Source: Clostridia bacterium (GTDB taxonomy: Bacteria; Bacillota; Clostridia; Oscillospirales; CAG-382). From it: a stretch of 64,000 nt of DNA. A program made the translations under genes and the position numbers. Below are positions 1 through 10,076 of this stretch, one piece after another. Every line of letters begins with the position of its first letter. Position 1 is the first letter of the stretch. The notes beneath the pieces were generated by a model. That model saw only the letters and a program-made list of their open reading frames with translations. It did no database searches and was not told the origin of the DNA. The stretch covers positions 1,631 through 65,630 of the forward strand of contig JAFSGD010000023.1 of the NCBI GenBank assembly GCA_017434845.1. Reading direction: 5' to 3'.

Positions 1-2
1 TT

Positions 3-1475
3 GAATCCGAAAGAGAAGAGCTGAGCGAAAAATGCAACCAAGCAGATGAACAGCTCGATTCGCTTCGCGAAACGCTTGCTTCGGCAAACACCTCGCGCGC
101 CGCATACAGCGCAAGCAAAGATTCGCTTTCGGTAAGAGCAACCGAGGAGGGCGAGCGAATAGCATCGCTTTCGTCGGGCGGCGAGCTGTTAAAACAGCTT
201 GAAGCCGAGCTTGAAAGCATCGCCGTTGAGGCGGAGAATATCGCTTCCGCCATTGCGAATGCATCGGCTGTGCGCGACAGCGCCATCAAAAAAGCCGAAG
301 AACTTAAAAAAGAAGAAGAATCGGCGTTCAATGCCGTTAACGAAAAGCGCATGGAGCTTTATGCGGCAAACAACGAGCTTTCGGTTGCGGGCGAAAGATT
401 GGCTATTTCCGCCCGCCGCGAAACCGAGCTTGCGGCAAGAATAACCATCGGCAACACCTCGATAGAAAAATCCGAATCGGTAATACGCGAGCGTATTGCC
501 GAAATGGGCAAGCTTAACGCCGAATGTGCCGAGTGCGATTCGGTTATAGCAAGCTGCGAAAAGCGCTTAAGTGACCTTATCGCAGGCAGAGAAGAAAAGG
601 AAAAAGAGCTTGTTGAAATGCGCTCTAAACAGAAAACGGTTGCTTCGGCAAAGGAAGAGGCGTTCCGCAACGTTACCGAAGCCGAAATGAAGTGCACCTC
701 GGTCAACACCGAGTTCGATACGGTAACGGGCAAGCTTTGGGATGAATATGAGCTAACCTATTCCGATGCCGTTAAATTCCGTCTTCCCAAGGAAAGCATG
801 GATAAGGCACCCTCGCGCCTTGCTTCGCTCAAGGCAAAAATTCGCTCTATGGGCGTTATCAACGTTAACGCCGTTGAGGAATACCGCGTTACCAAGGAAC
901 GCTTCGATTTCCTCACCGAGCAGACCGAGGACCTTAACAAGACCCGTGCAAGCCTCGACAGAACCATCGCCAAGCTCGCTTCCGGCATGAAGGAGACCTT
1001 CCTTGAATGCTTCGAGAAGATAAACACCGAGTTCAACGCGGTGTTCACCGAGCTTTTCGGAGGCGGCAGTGCAAGAGCCGAGCTTACCGACCCGTTGCTT
1101 CCGCTTGAATGCGGCATAGATATCGTTTTGAAGGTGCCGGGCAAGAGTGTTCGCAGTATTTCGCTTCTTTCGGGCGGCGAGCAATCGTTTGCGGCGATTT
1201 CGCTTTATCTTGCGCTTCAAAAGGTTAACCCCTCGCCCTTCTGCGTGTTCGACGAGATCGAGAGCGCGCTTGACGACGTTAACATCGTTAAGCTTGCTTC
1301 CTACGTTCGCCGTAACAGCGATAAAACGCAGTATATACTTATAACTCACCGCCGCGGAACCATGGAGCGAGCGGACACCATTTATGGCATAACCATGCGT
1401 CAGAAGGGTATTTCCGATTATATGAAGCTGAACATGGCGAAGCTGGATGATATTATTAAAGAATACGCCGAATAA
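3..1475 (+). CDS. smc: Chromosome segregation protein SMC, C-terminal part (5' end lies upstream of the window)
   Basis: Frame 3 is open from base 3 with a coiled-coil-like E/L/A/S-rich translation. It ends with the ABC signature LSGGEQ and Walker B FCVFDEIESALD. ftsY follows, as in most Firmicutes. Confidence 0.9.
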   Translation, partial: ESEREELSEKCNQADEQLDSLRETLASANTSRAAYSASKDSLSVRATEEGERIASLSSGGELLKQLEAELESIAVEAENIASAIANASAVRDSAIKKAEELKKEEESAFNAVNEKRMELYAANNELSVAGERLAISARRETELAARITIGNTSIEKSESVIRERIAEMGKLNAECAECDSVIASCEKRLSDLIAGREEKEKELVEMRSKQKTVASAKEEAFRNVTEAEMKCTSVNTEFDTVTGKLWDEYELTYSDAVKFRLPKESMDKAPSRLASLKAKIRSMGVINVNAVEEYRVTKERFDFLTEQTEDLNKTRASLDRTIAKLASGMKETFLECFEKINTEFNAVFTELFGGGSARAELTDPLLPLECGIDIVLKVPGKSVRSISLLSGGEQSFAAISLYLALQKVNPSPFCVFDEIESALDDVNIVKLASYVRRNSDKTQYILITHRRGTMERADTIYGITMRQKGISDYMKLNMAKLDDIIKEYAE

Positions 1476-1509
1476 ATTCGGAGCATAAATTTTCAAGGAG
1501 CAACTCTTT

Positions 1510-2424
1510 ATGAGCTTTTTTGATAAACTTAAAAACGGTCTTAAAAAGACCAAGGATGCGCTTTTAAAGCCGGTTAACGATCTGTTTTCTTCCTATGATA
1601 AGGTCGACGACGACTTTTTTGAGGAGCTTTGCGATCTGCTTATAATGGCAGACGTCGGCGTTGAGACCTCGGATTATCTCGTTAACGAGCTTAAATCGCG
1701 TCTTAAAGAAAAAAAGATAAAAGAAACCGAGCTTGCGCGCGCCGAATTCCGTGAAATTCTCACCGAAGCGGTCGGCGACGGCGAGAATCTAAGCCTCGGA
1801 AACGATCTTTCGATAATTCTTGTTATCGGCGTTAACGGCGTCGGTAAAACAACTTCTATCGGAAAGATATCGCATTGTCTTAAGGAAAGCGGCAAAAACG
1901 TTATGCTCGCCGCGGCAGATACCTTCCGTGCCGCCGCCGCAGAGCAGCTTGCGGTTTGGGCAGACCGTTGCAACGTTCCGATAATTCGTCAGAACGAGGG
2001 CGCCGACCCCGCCGCAGTTGTTTTCGATGCGGTTGCCGCCGCAAAAAAGGCTGATACCAACGTTCTTATCGTTGATACCGCAGGCAGACTGCATAATAAG
2101 AAAAACCTTATCGACGAGCTTGCGAAAATAAACCGCGTTATCGACCGCGAAGCGCCCAACGCAACGCGCGAGACCTTGCTTGTGCTTGATGCATCGACCG
2201 GCCAAAACGCGCTTATTCAGGCAAAGGAATTCGGCAAGGCGGCTGATATAACCGGCCTTGTTCTCACCAAGCTTGACGGCACTGCAAAGGGCGGCATAGT
2301 GCTTGCTATACGCCGTGAGCTCGGCATTCCCGTTAAGTTCATCGGTGTCGGCGAGGGTATTGACGATCTGCGCCCCTTCGATGCAAAGGAATTTATCAAC
2401 GCGTTCTTTGAAGAGGAAAAATAA
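1510..2424 (+). CDS. ftsY: Signal recognition particle receptor FtsY
   Basis: SRP-GTPase motifs GVNGVGKTT, DTAGRLH and TKLDG are present. An SD (AAGGAG) lies upstream. The gene sits in the conserved smc-ftsY position. Confidence 0.93.
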   Translation: MSFFDKLKNGLKKTKDALLKPVNDLFSSYDKVDDDFFEELCDLLIMADVGVETSDYLVNELKSRLKEKKIKETELARAEFREILTEAVGDGENLSLGNDLSIILVIGVNGVGKTTSIGKISHCLKESGKNVMLAAADTFRAAAAEQLAVWADRCNVPIIRQNEGADPAAVVFDAVAAAKKADTNVLIVDTAGRLHNKKNLIDELAKINRVIDREAPNATRETLLVLDASTGQNALIQAKEFGKAADITGLVLTKLDGTAKGGIVLAIRRELGIPVKFIGVGEGIDDLRPFDAKEFINAFFEEEK

Positions 2425-3020
2425 TGAAGATAGTTCTTGCAACGAACAATGCACATAAGCTTTCCGAGTTTAAAAGCTGTTTTGCACAGCTTAACGTCGG
2501 TGCCGAGATCGTTTCGCTTTCCGAAATAGGCTTTTCGGGCGATATCGTTGAGGATGCCGACAGCTTTGAGGGCAACGCATATATAAAGGCAAAAACGATT
2601 TGCGATTTTTCGGGAATGATCTCAATAGCCGACGACAGCGGCTTGATAGTCGATTGCCTCAGCAACGCGCCCGGCGTTTATTCGGCGCGCTATGCGGGCG
2701 AAAACGCAACCGACCGCGAGAATATCGATAAGCTTCTTTATGAGCTTTCGCTTCGTCCCGACGAGGCGAAAACCGCGCGCTTCGTTTGCTGTATTTGCGT
2801 GTGCCGTCCCGACGGCGAGCATATTTTCGTTCGCGGCGAAAGCGTCGGCGAGATAATAAACGAGCTTCGCGGAGAGGGAACCTTCGGCTACGATCCCGTG
2901 TTTTATTATCCGCCGCTTAACAAAACCTTTGCCGAAATGGACTCTGTCGAAAAGAATTCGGTCAGCCATCGCGGCGCGGCGATCGCAGAATTGCTTAAAA
3001 ACAGAGAATTTTTCGAATAG
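2424..3020 (+). CDS. rdgB: Non-canonical purine NTP pyrophosphatase (Ham1/RdgB family)
   Basis: N-terminus MKIVLATNNAHKLSEF, plus SARYAG and GTFGYDPVF motifs. The ATG overlaps the ftsY stop. Confidence 0.88.
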   Translation: MKIVLATNNAHKLSEFKSCFAQLNVGAEIVSLSEIGFSGDIVEDADSFEGNAYIKAKTICDFSGMISIADDSGLIVDCLSNAPGVYSARYAGENATDRENIDKLLYELSLRPDEAKTARFVCCICVCRPDGEHIFVRGESVGEIINELRGEGTFGYDPVFYYPPLNKTFAEMDSVEKNSVSHRGAAIAELLKNREFFE

Positions 3021-3035
3021 AGAACCGCTGTCTCC

Positions 3036-3065
3036 TTGACAACGGCAGATAGCGTGTGGTAAAAT
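3036..3065 (+). promoter_or_regulatory. Candidate sigma-A promoter for cdaA (TTGACA-18-TAAAAT with TG extension)
   Basis: TTGACA at 3036-3041 and TGgTAAAAT ending at 3065, about 38 nt upstream of the cdaA ATG. Confidence 0.5.
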
Positions 3066-3102
3066 ATTTTATTAAAACGATTCACCGAAAGGAGAACGGA
3101 AA

Positions 3103-3978
3103 ATGAACGAGATCCTTGATTATTTTGAATATGTCGGGAATCAGTTTGTCGGCATCGGAGTAATCGATATTATCGACATTCTGTTGGTCGCGCTTTTGTT
3201 CTATTGGACCTTTAAGTTCGTTCGCGACCGCCGTGCAGGCAAGCTGCTTGTGGGCCTTGTGCTTCTCGTTGCCGTTTTGTTGCTTAGCGAACTGCTTGAA
3301 ATGCGTGCGCTGAATTTTATTCTCACAAATCTGTTCTCGATCGGTCTGATTGCGATAATCATAGTTTTCCAGCCCGAGCTTCGAAGCCTTCTTGAAAAGG
3401 TGGGCGGCGAATCGCTCAAGAATTTCAGAGGTAAGCTCGACAGCGACACCGCCGCAACCATTCGCTCGGCTATCGGCGAGATATGCGTTGCCGCCGAATC
3501 GCTTTCGGCAAGCAAAACCGGCGCACTTATCGTTTTCGAGCGCTCCACTAAGCTCGGCGATCATATCAGAACCGGCACCATCATCGATGCCGTAACCTCT
3601 TCGTTCCTGCTCGGCAATATTTTCTGGAACAAGGCTCCGCTTCACGACGGTGCGGTCATTATCCGTCAGGGCAGAGTTCACGCGGCGGGCTGCTTCCTTC
3701 CGCTTTCCACCAATAACGAAATCGTTAAAGAGCTTGGAACCCGCCACCGCGCCGCTATCGGAATGAGCGAAAACAGCGATGCCGTCGTGTTGGTCGTTTC
3801 GGAAGAAACGGGCACGATCTCGGTTGTTGTCGACGGCGTGCTTAAGCGCGGATTTACCCGACAAACACTTGAAGAATATCTGACTCCGCTTCTCATCGGC
3901 GACGATAAGAATATCGCAGGCAGAATGAAGGGCAAATTCTTCGGAAAGGGCGGCGATAAAAAGGATGAGCGCAAGTAA
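3103..3978 (+). CDS. cdaA: Diadenylate cyclase CdaA (membrane-anchored DAC domain)
   Basis: Three N-terminal hydrophobic helices are followed by DAC-domain motifs HDGAVII, GTRHRAAIG and VSEETG. Confidence 0.9.
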   Translation: MNEILDYFEYVGNQFVGIGVIDIIDILLVALLFYWTFKFVRDRRAGKLLVGLVLLVAVLLLSELLEMRALNFILTNLFSIGLIAIIIVFQPELRSLLEKVGGESLKNFRGKLDSDTAATIRSAIGEICVAAESLSASKTGALIVFERSTKLGDHIRTGTIIDAVTSSFLLGNIFWNKAPLHDGAVIIRQGRVHAAGCFLPLSTNNEIVKELGTRHRAAIGMSENSDAVVLVVSEETGTISVVVDGVLKRGFTRQTLEEYLTPLLIGDDKNIAGRMKGKFFGKGGDKKDERK

Positions 3979-5278
3979 TTCTTCAAACGCATCGCTCCGC
4001 AAGGGGAAAATGACCCGCTTGGGAAAAATATTCGGCCTTATCGGCGCTCTTATCGGCGCGCTGCTGCTTTGGCTTTATGCCATCGGCTATGACAGCACCC
4101 TGTTCGAGCGCACCTTTGACGGCGTTGAAATAACGCTTGAGGGCGCAGAAGCGCTTGCAAGCGAAAAGGGCTTTACGCTTTTGGAGGAGCAGAGCTTTTC
4201 TTCGATAACGGTTGTTGCAAAGGGAAAAAGAAGCGAGCTTAACGAGCTTGATTCTTCCGATTTCAAGGCGGTTGTCGATCTTTCGATGGCAGACCGCGCA
4301 GGCGAGCAAACGCTTAATATAGTTGTGTTCTCGCCCAACGGAATCGAAATAGTTTCGCAGTCCTCTGCAACCGTAACGGTTTTCGTTGATGAATTCACTC
4401 AGCGAAACGATCTGCTTTCGGTTTCGGTCGAAACGGGCGACGGCTACATAATGACCGACGGTGTAACCTCTGTTGAGGCAACACCCAATCCGCTTTCCGT
4501 GCTTGTTTCGGGCCCTAAATCCGAGCTCGAAAAAATCGAGGGTGCGTACGTTCGTTTCGATCTCGACGGCCACACCGTAAGCGATAATATTTACGGTTAC
4601 GGTGCGATCGAGCTTCGCGATAAGAACGGAAACGTTATAGATAATCCCTATATTTCGGTTTCCGATACAACAGCCTACGTTTCGGTTTCGGTTAAAAAAC
4701 AAAAAACCGTTCCCGTAAGAGTAATGTTCGTCGGCGGAGTGTTCGATCCTTCGCAGGTTTCGGTTTCGCTCTCGCATTCCTCAATAACCGTTTCGGGAAC
4801 TCCGAGCGCTGTCGCTTCGTTCACCGAGCTCGTTTTAGAAATCGACGAAACAACGGTTGAAGGCTCAAAGGAATTTGAGTTTGCCATAAGCCCGATGCTT
4901 CCCAAGGGGCTTTCTAACGAAAGCGGCAATTCGAAGATAGACGTTAAGGTAACTCTGCCCGAAATGTCGGTTCGTTCATATCATATAACCAAAGAGGCTA
5001 TCAGCATTATCAATTTGCCCGAGGGCGTTGATTATAAAATAAACAGCGGCATTTCGGTGAAGGTTATCGGCCCGCGCGAAGCTTTCGAGCTTATCGACCC
5101 GAGCGCCGTAACCGCGGTTGCCGATTTCGATAACGTTACCGTTGAGCCCGACGGAAGCTATACCGCTTCCATAAAGGTTTCGCTCGGTGATAACGCTTCA
5201 ACTGTTTACGTTCAAAACACAGATTATAAAATCAATTTCACTATCGAAGCAACCGAAGCACAAACACAAGAACAGTAA
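3965..5278 (+). CDS. cdaR: CdaA regulator CdaR (YbbR-like repeat protein)
   Basis: One N-terminal TM helix is followed by repeated beta-rich V/S/T segments typical of YbbR domains. It overlaps the cdaA 3' end. The cdaA-cdaR pairing is conserved. Confidence 0.75.
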   Translation: MSASNSSNASLRKGKMTRLGKIFGLIGALIGALLLWLYAIGYDSTLFERTFDGVEITLEGAEALASEKGFTLLEEQSFSSITVVAKGKRSELNELDSSDFKAVVDLSMADRAGEQTLNIVVFSPNGIEIVSQSSATVTVFVDEFTQRNDLLSVSVETGDGYIMTDGVTSVEATPNPLSVLVSGPKSELEKIEGAYVRFDLDGHTVSDNIYGYGAIELRDKNGNVIDNPYISVSDTTAYVSVSVKKQKTVPVRVMFVGGVFDPSQVSVSLSHSSITVSGTPSAVASFTELVLEIDETTVEGSKEFEFAISPMLPKGLSNESGNSKIDVKVTLPEMSVRSYHITKEAISIINLPEGVDYKINSGISVKVIGPREAFELIDPSAVTAVADFDNVTVEPDGSYTASIKVSLGDNASTVYVQNTDYKINFTIEATEAQTQEQ

Positions 5279-5301
5279 ATTTTAAAACAAGGGGTGAGCT
5301 T

Positions 5302-7392
5302 ATGAATAACCGAGAATGGCAGTTCCGCGAGATAGATGAGGCGGCTTGCGCTTCCATCGCGCGCGAATGCGGCTTGCGTCCTTTAACGGCACGCTTGCTT
5401 GCAAATCGCGGTTTATTCGAAAAAAGCGATATCGAAAGCTTTATCAATAAGGATTCCATGCCCCTCTACGATCCTTTTCTTTTAAAGGATATGGATAAGG
5501 CTGTTTCGCGTATTGAAGAGGCAATAGAGAAAAAGCAAAGGGTTTGTATCTACGGCGACTATGACGTCGACGGCGTTACCAGCACGGTCTTGCTTTATCT
5601 TTATCTGCGCTCGCGCGGCTTGGAATGTGAATATTTCATTCCCGAGCGCATTTCCGAGGGCTATGGTTTAAGCTTGCCCGTTATCGAGAAAATGAAGGGT
5701 AGGGTCGACCTTATAATAACGGTCGATACCGGCGTTACCGCCGTTGCCGAGGCTGAATATGCCAAAAGCATCGGCATCGACATGGTAATAACCGACCACC
5801 ATTCCTGCCGCGAAACGCTTCCCTCGGCAACCGCTGTGGTAAATCCCCACCGCGAAGACAGCGCCTATCCCTTCCGCAATCTTGCGGGTGTCGGCGTTGT
5901 ATTCAAGCTGCTTTGCGCGCTTGAGGGCAACACCGAAAAAATACTTGAGCTTTATTCGGATATTATTGCGGTTGGCACGGTTGCCGACGTTATGCCGATA
6001 ATCGATGAAAACCGCCGAATAACAGGCGAGGGCTTAAAGCGCCTTGCTTCAACCGACAACTATGGCCTCGTTGCGCTGATGCGCCGTGCGGGTATAGTTA
6101 AATACGGCAAAATTGCCAAAAAGATAACCTCTGCAACCGTTGGTTACGTGCTCGCACCGCGAATTAATGCGGCGGGCAGAATCGCCTGCGCCTCGCGCGC
6201 GGTCGAGCTTCTTTTAACCCGCGACGAAGCCGAGGCCGACGTTATTGCCGAAGAGCTTTGCGAGATAAACAAGCTTCGCCAGGCAACCGAGCAGAAGATA
6301 TACGAGCAGGCTGTTGAGCTTATTAACAGCTCGGGCAGCGACGACCGTTTTCTCGTTCTTGCCTATGACGGTTGGCATCAGGGCGTTATCGGGGTGGTTG
6401 CCTCGAAGATCGCCGAAAGATATTCGCGCCCCTGCATTCTTTTCTCGCTTGACGGCGATATCGCAAAGGGCTCGGGCAGAAGCATAAAGGGCTTTTCGCT
6501 TATGGATGCGCTTTCTGCTTGCGGCGATCTGTTAACCGAATACGGCGGTCATGAGCTTGCGGCAGGTCTTTCCATTGAAAGATCGAAAATCGATGAATTC
6601 CGCAAACAGCTTAACGAATATGCCGCACCGCTTCTTATAAAGAGCGACGATGCATTTCCGATAGAAATCGAATGTGAGGCTTCCTTCGCCGATCTTGACG
6701 AAAAGGGTATTGATGAAATGCTTCGTCTTGAGCCGTTCGGGCTTTCGAACCCCCAGCCCGTTTTGGTTATGAAAAACGTTGAGCTTCGAGATATCGTTCC
6801 GCTTTCTCAGGGCAAGCATATCCGCTTCCGTGCCGTCGGCACCGAAAACGGAAAAACTCAATCCATAAACGCGGTAAGCTTCGGCACTGCATTCGACAGC
6901 TTTCCCTATGGCGAAGGCGACGTTTGCGATATCGCATTTACCGTTGATATGAACGAATATATGGGCATGCGCACGCCTCAAATGTTTGTTAAGGCGCTTC
7001 GCCCGGCAGAATCGGCGGCAAGCATTATTGACGATTGCGACCGAAAGTATTCGCTTCTTGTTTCGGGCACGGGATATTCCGATTGCGAAAAGGATATTCC
7101 CGATCTTTCCGATTTCAGAAATATATTCCGCTATATTCGCCGCGAAAGCGGCCACGAGGGCGAGAAGATCTCGCTCGTTTCGGTTTGCCGAACGCTTAAC
7201 GAAGAATATGAAATGAACGTTTCGCTCGTTAAGCTTAAGGTTATTCTCGAAGTGCTTTGCGAGCAAAAGCTTATAACGCTAACCTACCGCGCTGGAGGCA
7301 TTTCGGCGTTCATTAAGCTGAATCCCGCGGCGGGCAAGATCAACATCGATGAATCGCCGTTGTTAAGGTCGGTTCGCAGCGCCAAAAAATAA
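5302..7392 (+). CDS. recJ: Single-stranded-DNA-specific exonuclease RecJ
   Basis: DHH-family motifs (GDYDVDG, VDTG, ITDHH) and DHHA1 GGHELAAG; 696 aa. Confidence 0.92.
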   Translation: MNNREWQFREIDEAACASIARECGLRPLTARLLANRGLFEKSDIESFINKDSMPLYDPFLLKDMDKAVSRIEEAIEKKQRVCIYGDYDVDGVTSTVLLYLYLRSRGLECEYFIPERISEGYGLSLPVIEKMKGRVDLIITVDTGVTAVAEAEYAKSIGIDMVITDHHSCRETLPSATAVVNPHREDSAYPFRNLAGVGVVFKLLCALEGNTEKILELYSDIIAVGTVADVMPIIDENRRITGEGLKRLASTDNYGLVALMRRAGIVKYGKIAKKITSATVGYVLAPRINAAGRIACASRAVELLLTRDEAEADVIAEELCEINKLRQATEQKIYEQAVELINSSGSDDRFLVLAYDGWHQGVIGVVASKIAERYSRPCILFSLDGDIAKGSGRSIKGFSLMDALSACGDLLTEYGGHELAAGLSIERSKIDEFRKQLNEYAAPLLIKSDDAFPIEIECEASFADLDEKGIDEMLRLEPFGLSNPQPVLVMKNVELRDIVPLSQGKHIRFRAVGTENGKTQSINAVSFGTAFDSFPYGEGDVCDIAFTVDMNEYMGMRTPQMFVKALRPAESAASIIDDCDRKYSLLVSGTGYSDCEKDIPDLSDFRNIFRYIRRESGHEGEKISLVSVCRTLNEEYEMNVSLVKLKVILEVLCEQKLITLTYRAGGISAFIKLNPAAGKINIDESPLLRSVRSAKK

Positions 7393-7410
7393 ACAAAAGG
7401 AAAACCCAAA

Positions 7411-9615
7411 ATGCTGAAACAGGCTGAAGACCTGCTTGCGCGAATTAAAAGCGCCGGCAGCTATGATTATGATAAAATTTATAAAGCCTATGAATATGCC
7501 GAAAAGCTCCACGAGGGCCAAAAGCGAATTTCGGGCGAGGATTATATAATTCATCCGCTTTCGGTGGCAGAGATCGTTCTCGATCTTCAGCTTGACACCG
7601 ATTCTGTCTGTGCGGCCTTTTTGCATGATACTGTTGAGGATTGCGCCGATAAGATCGACCTTGCGGTCATAAAAAAAGAATTCGGCTCTAACGTTGCCGA
7701 GATCGTCGATGGCGTTACCAAGCTTGTTCATATTCCCTTCGAGACCAAGCAGGATGAAAGCATAGAAAATTTGCGCAAAATGTTCCTTGCAATGAGCAAG
7801 GATATTCGCGTTATATTCATAAAGCTTGCCGATAGATTGCATAATATGCGCACGCTTTCGGTGCGCCGTCCCGAAAAACAGCGTTCTATCGCGCTTGAAA
7901 CGATGCACGTTTATGCGCCGCTTGCTCACCGCTTGGGTATTCAAAAGATAAAGCAAGAACTCGAAACGCTTGCACTTTTGTATCTCGATCCGATAGGCTA
8001 TAACGAGGTTTACGAGGATATAAACAAGCGCTATGGCGAGAATAAAGACTTTCTCGACCACGCCACCGAAAAGGTTAAGGAATGCCTGCGCTCCTATAAC
8101 GTTAAATTTACTCTTTCGGGCAGAGTTAAAACGATTTACAGCATCTATAAAAAGATGTATAACCAAAGCAAAAAGTTCGATGAGATCTATGATTTTTATG
8201 CCGTTCGCATTATCGTCGATACCGAGCTTGATTGCTATACGGCGCTCGGTATAATCCACGAGCAGTTCAACTCGATTCCCGGCAGATTCAAAGATTATAT
8301 CTCTACCCCCAAGCCCAATATGTACCGCTCGCTTCACACAACCGTTATCGGAACCGAGGGCATTCCCTTCGAGGTTCAGATCAGAACCTGGGAGATGCAC
8401 CGTGTTGCGGAATACGGTCTTGCGGCACATTGGAAATATAAATCGGGCGAGCAGGCAAAGCAGGATATAGACGCTAAGCTTCAGTGGATCAGAACCCTTC
8501 TCGAAACCGAAAAGGATACCGACGATCCCGATGAATTCTTCCGCCCGCTTAAGATCGACCTTTTCGAAGACGAAATATTCGTCTTCACTCCCAAGGGCGA
8601 CGTTGTAAACCTTCCCAACGAAAGCACCCCGATCGATTTTGCCTATGCCATTCACTCTGCCGTCGGCAATAAGATGGTCGGCGCAAAGGTCAACGGCAAC
8701 ATCGTTCCCATCGATACAATTCTCGAAACGGGCCAGATCGTCGAGGTTCTCACCAGCGCCTCCTCGAAGGGTCCCAGCCGCGATTGGCTTAAGATAGTTC
8801 GCTCGGGCGAGGCAAGAAACAAAATAAGGCAATATTTCAAAAAAGAAATGCGCTCCGAGAACATTGCCGTCGGAAAAACCGAACTCGAGCGCGAAATTAA
8901 AAGATTCGGCAAGCAATATACCGAATCACAGAAGAACGAGGTTATGCGTAACCTTGCAAACCGCCTTTCTCTGCCCGACGTTGACGATCTTTTCAACAAT
9001 ATCGGCTATGGCGGTCTTTCGGTTTCGAAAATTGCGGTAAAGCTGCGCGAGGAATTCATGCGCGTTGTTGCACCTCAGGCAGAAACGCCCGTTGTTCCCG
9101 TAATCGAGCCGAGCGCACCCTCGCGCTATGAAAGAAGCTCTCGCTCCAACGCCGAAAGCGTTATCGTCGACAGTGTCGAGGGCTGTACCGTTAAGTTTGC
9201 AAAATGCTGTAATCCTCTGCCGGGCGATAACATTATTGGCTATATAACCAGAGGCTACGGTGTTTCTATTCATAAATACGATTGTCCCAACGCACAGCTC
9301 GGTCTCAGCAAGGAAACCGATAAGGACCGCTGGGTCGTTGCTTCTTGGTCGGAAAAGATCGATAACGGCAGATTCGGAAGCTTCGAAGCGGTGCTTAGCA
9401 TTTACGCCGTTTATTCGCCGCATCTTATTGCCGATATAACGCTTGCGTTAAACGATATGAAGGTTGCCGTAACCTCTATCTCAACGCGCGAAAACGATGG
9501 CGATATGCTTATAACCGTTGGAATCAAATGCAGCGGTGTCGACCATTTAAAGAATATAATCGGCGGTCTTCACCGTATTAAGAACGTCCGCGAAGTATCA
9601 AGAGGTAGCTTATGA
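7411..9615 (+). CDS. relA: Bifunctional (p)ppGpp synthetase/hydrolase (RelA/SpoT homologue)
   Basis: HD hydrolase motif (HDTVED), synthetase core (YRSLHTTV, QIRTWEMH), and TGS and ACT-like C-terminal regions; 734 aa. Confidence 0.93.
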   Translation: MLKQAEDLLARIKSAGSYDYDKIYKAYEYAEKLHEGQKRISGEDYIIHPLSVAEIVLDLQLDTDSVCAAFLHDTVEDCADKIDLAVIKKEFGSNVAEIVDGVTKLVHIPFETKQDESIENLRKMFLAMSKDIRVIFIKLADRLHNMRTLSVRRPEKQRSIALETMHVYAPLAHRLGIQKIKQELETLALLYLDPIGYNEVYEDINKRYGENKDFLDHATEKVKECLRSYNVKFTLSGRVKTIYSIYKKMYNQSKKFDEIYDFYAVRIIVDTELDCYTALGIIHEQFNSIPGRFKDYISTPKPNMYRSLHTTVIGTEGIPFEVQIRTWEMHRVAEYGLAAHWKYKSGEQAKQDIDAKLQWIRTLLETEKDTDDPDEFFRPLKIDLFEDEIFVFTPKGDVVNLPNESTPIDFAYAIHSAVGNKMVGAKVNGNIVPIDTILETGQIVEVLTSASSKGPSRDWLKIVRSGEARNKIRQYFKKEMRSENIAVGKTELEREIKRFGKQYTESQKNEVMRNLANRLSLPDVDDLFNNIGYGGLSVSKIAVKLREEFMRVVAPQAETPVVPVIEPSAPSRYERSSRSNAESVIVDSVEGCTVKFAKCCNPLPGDNIIGYITRGYGVSIHKYDCPNAQLGLSKETDKDRWVVASWSEKIDNGRFGSFEAVLSIYAVYSPHLIADITLALNDMKVAVTSISTRENDGDMLITVGIKCSGVDHLKNIIGGLHRIKNVREVSRGSL

Positions 9616-10076
9616 GAGCAGTTGTTCAGCGTGTTCACAGTGCCGAATGCGTTGTTGACGGCGAGGTAGTCTCGCGAATAGAAAAGGGTCTGGTTGCCTA
9701 TATCGGCGTTTTTGATGACGATACCGATGAAGACCTTAAAAAAATGGCAAACAAAATTCAGGGTCTGCGCGTTTTCATCGATGAGGCGGGCAAGCTTTCG
9801 CTTGATGCAAAGGCTGTCGACGGAAGCGTTATGCTTATTTCCAACTTTGTCCTCGCGGGCAGAGTGAACCGCGGCTTCCGCCCCGATTGCACCCACGCCG
9901 CAAAATATGAAGAGGGCAAGAAAATGTTTGATGCTCTCGCAGAGGAGGTTGGCAAGATCTTGCCGACGGTAACCGGCGTTTTCGGCGCACATATGGATAT
10001 TTCGGTGCATAACGATGGCCCTATCAACGTTATAATAGATACACGGGAAATGAGAAATGAAGCTCGAAATAGATAA
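9612..10076 (+). CDS. dtd: D-aminoacyl-tRNA deacylase
   Basis: Characteristic MRAVVQRV N-terminus, about 150 aa. It overlaps the relA stop, and the relA-dtd pairing is conserved. Confidence 0.88.
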   Translation: MRAVVQRVHSAECVVDGEVVSRIEKGLVAYIGVFDDDTDEDLKKMANKIQGLRVFIDEAGKLSLDAKAVDGSVMLISNFVLAGRVNRGFRPDCTHAAKYEEGKKMFDALAEEVGKILPTVTGVFGAHMDISVHNDGPINVIIDTREMRNEARNR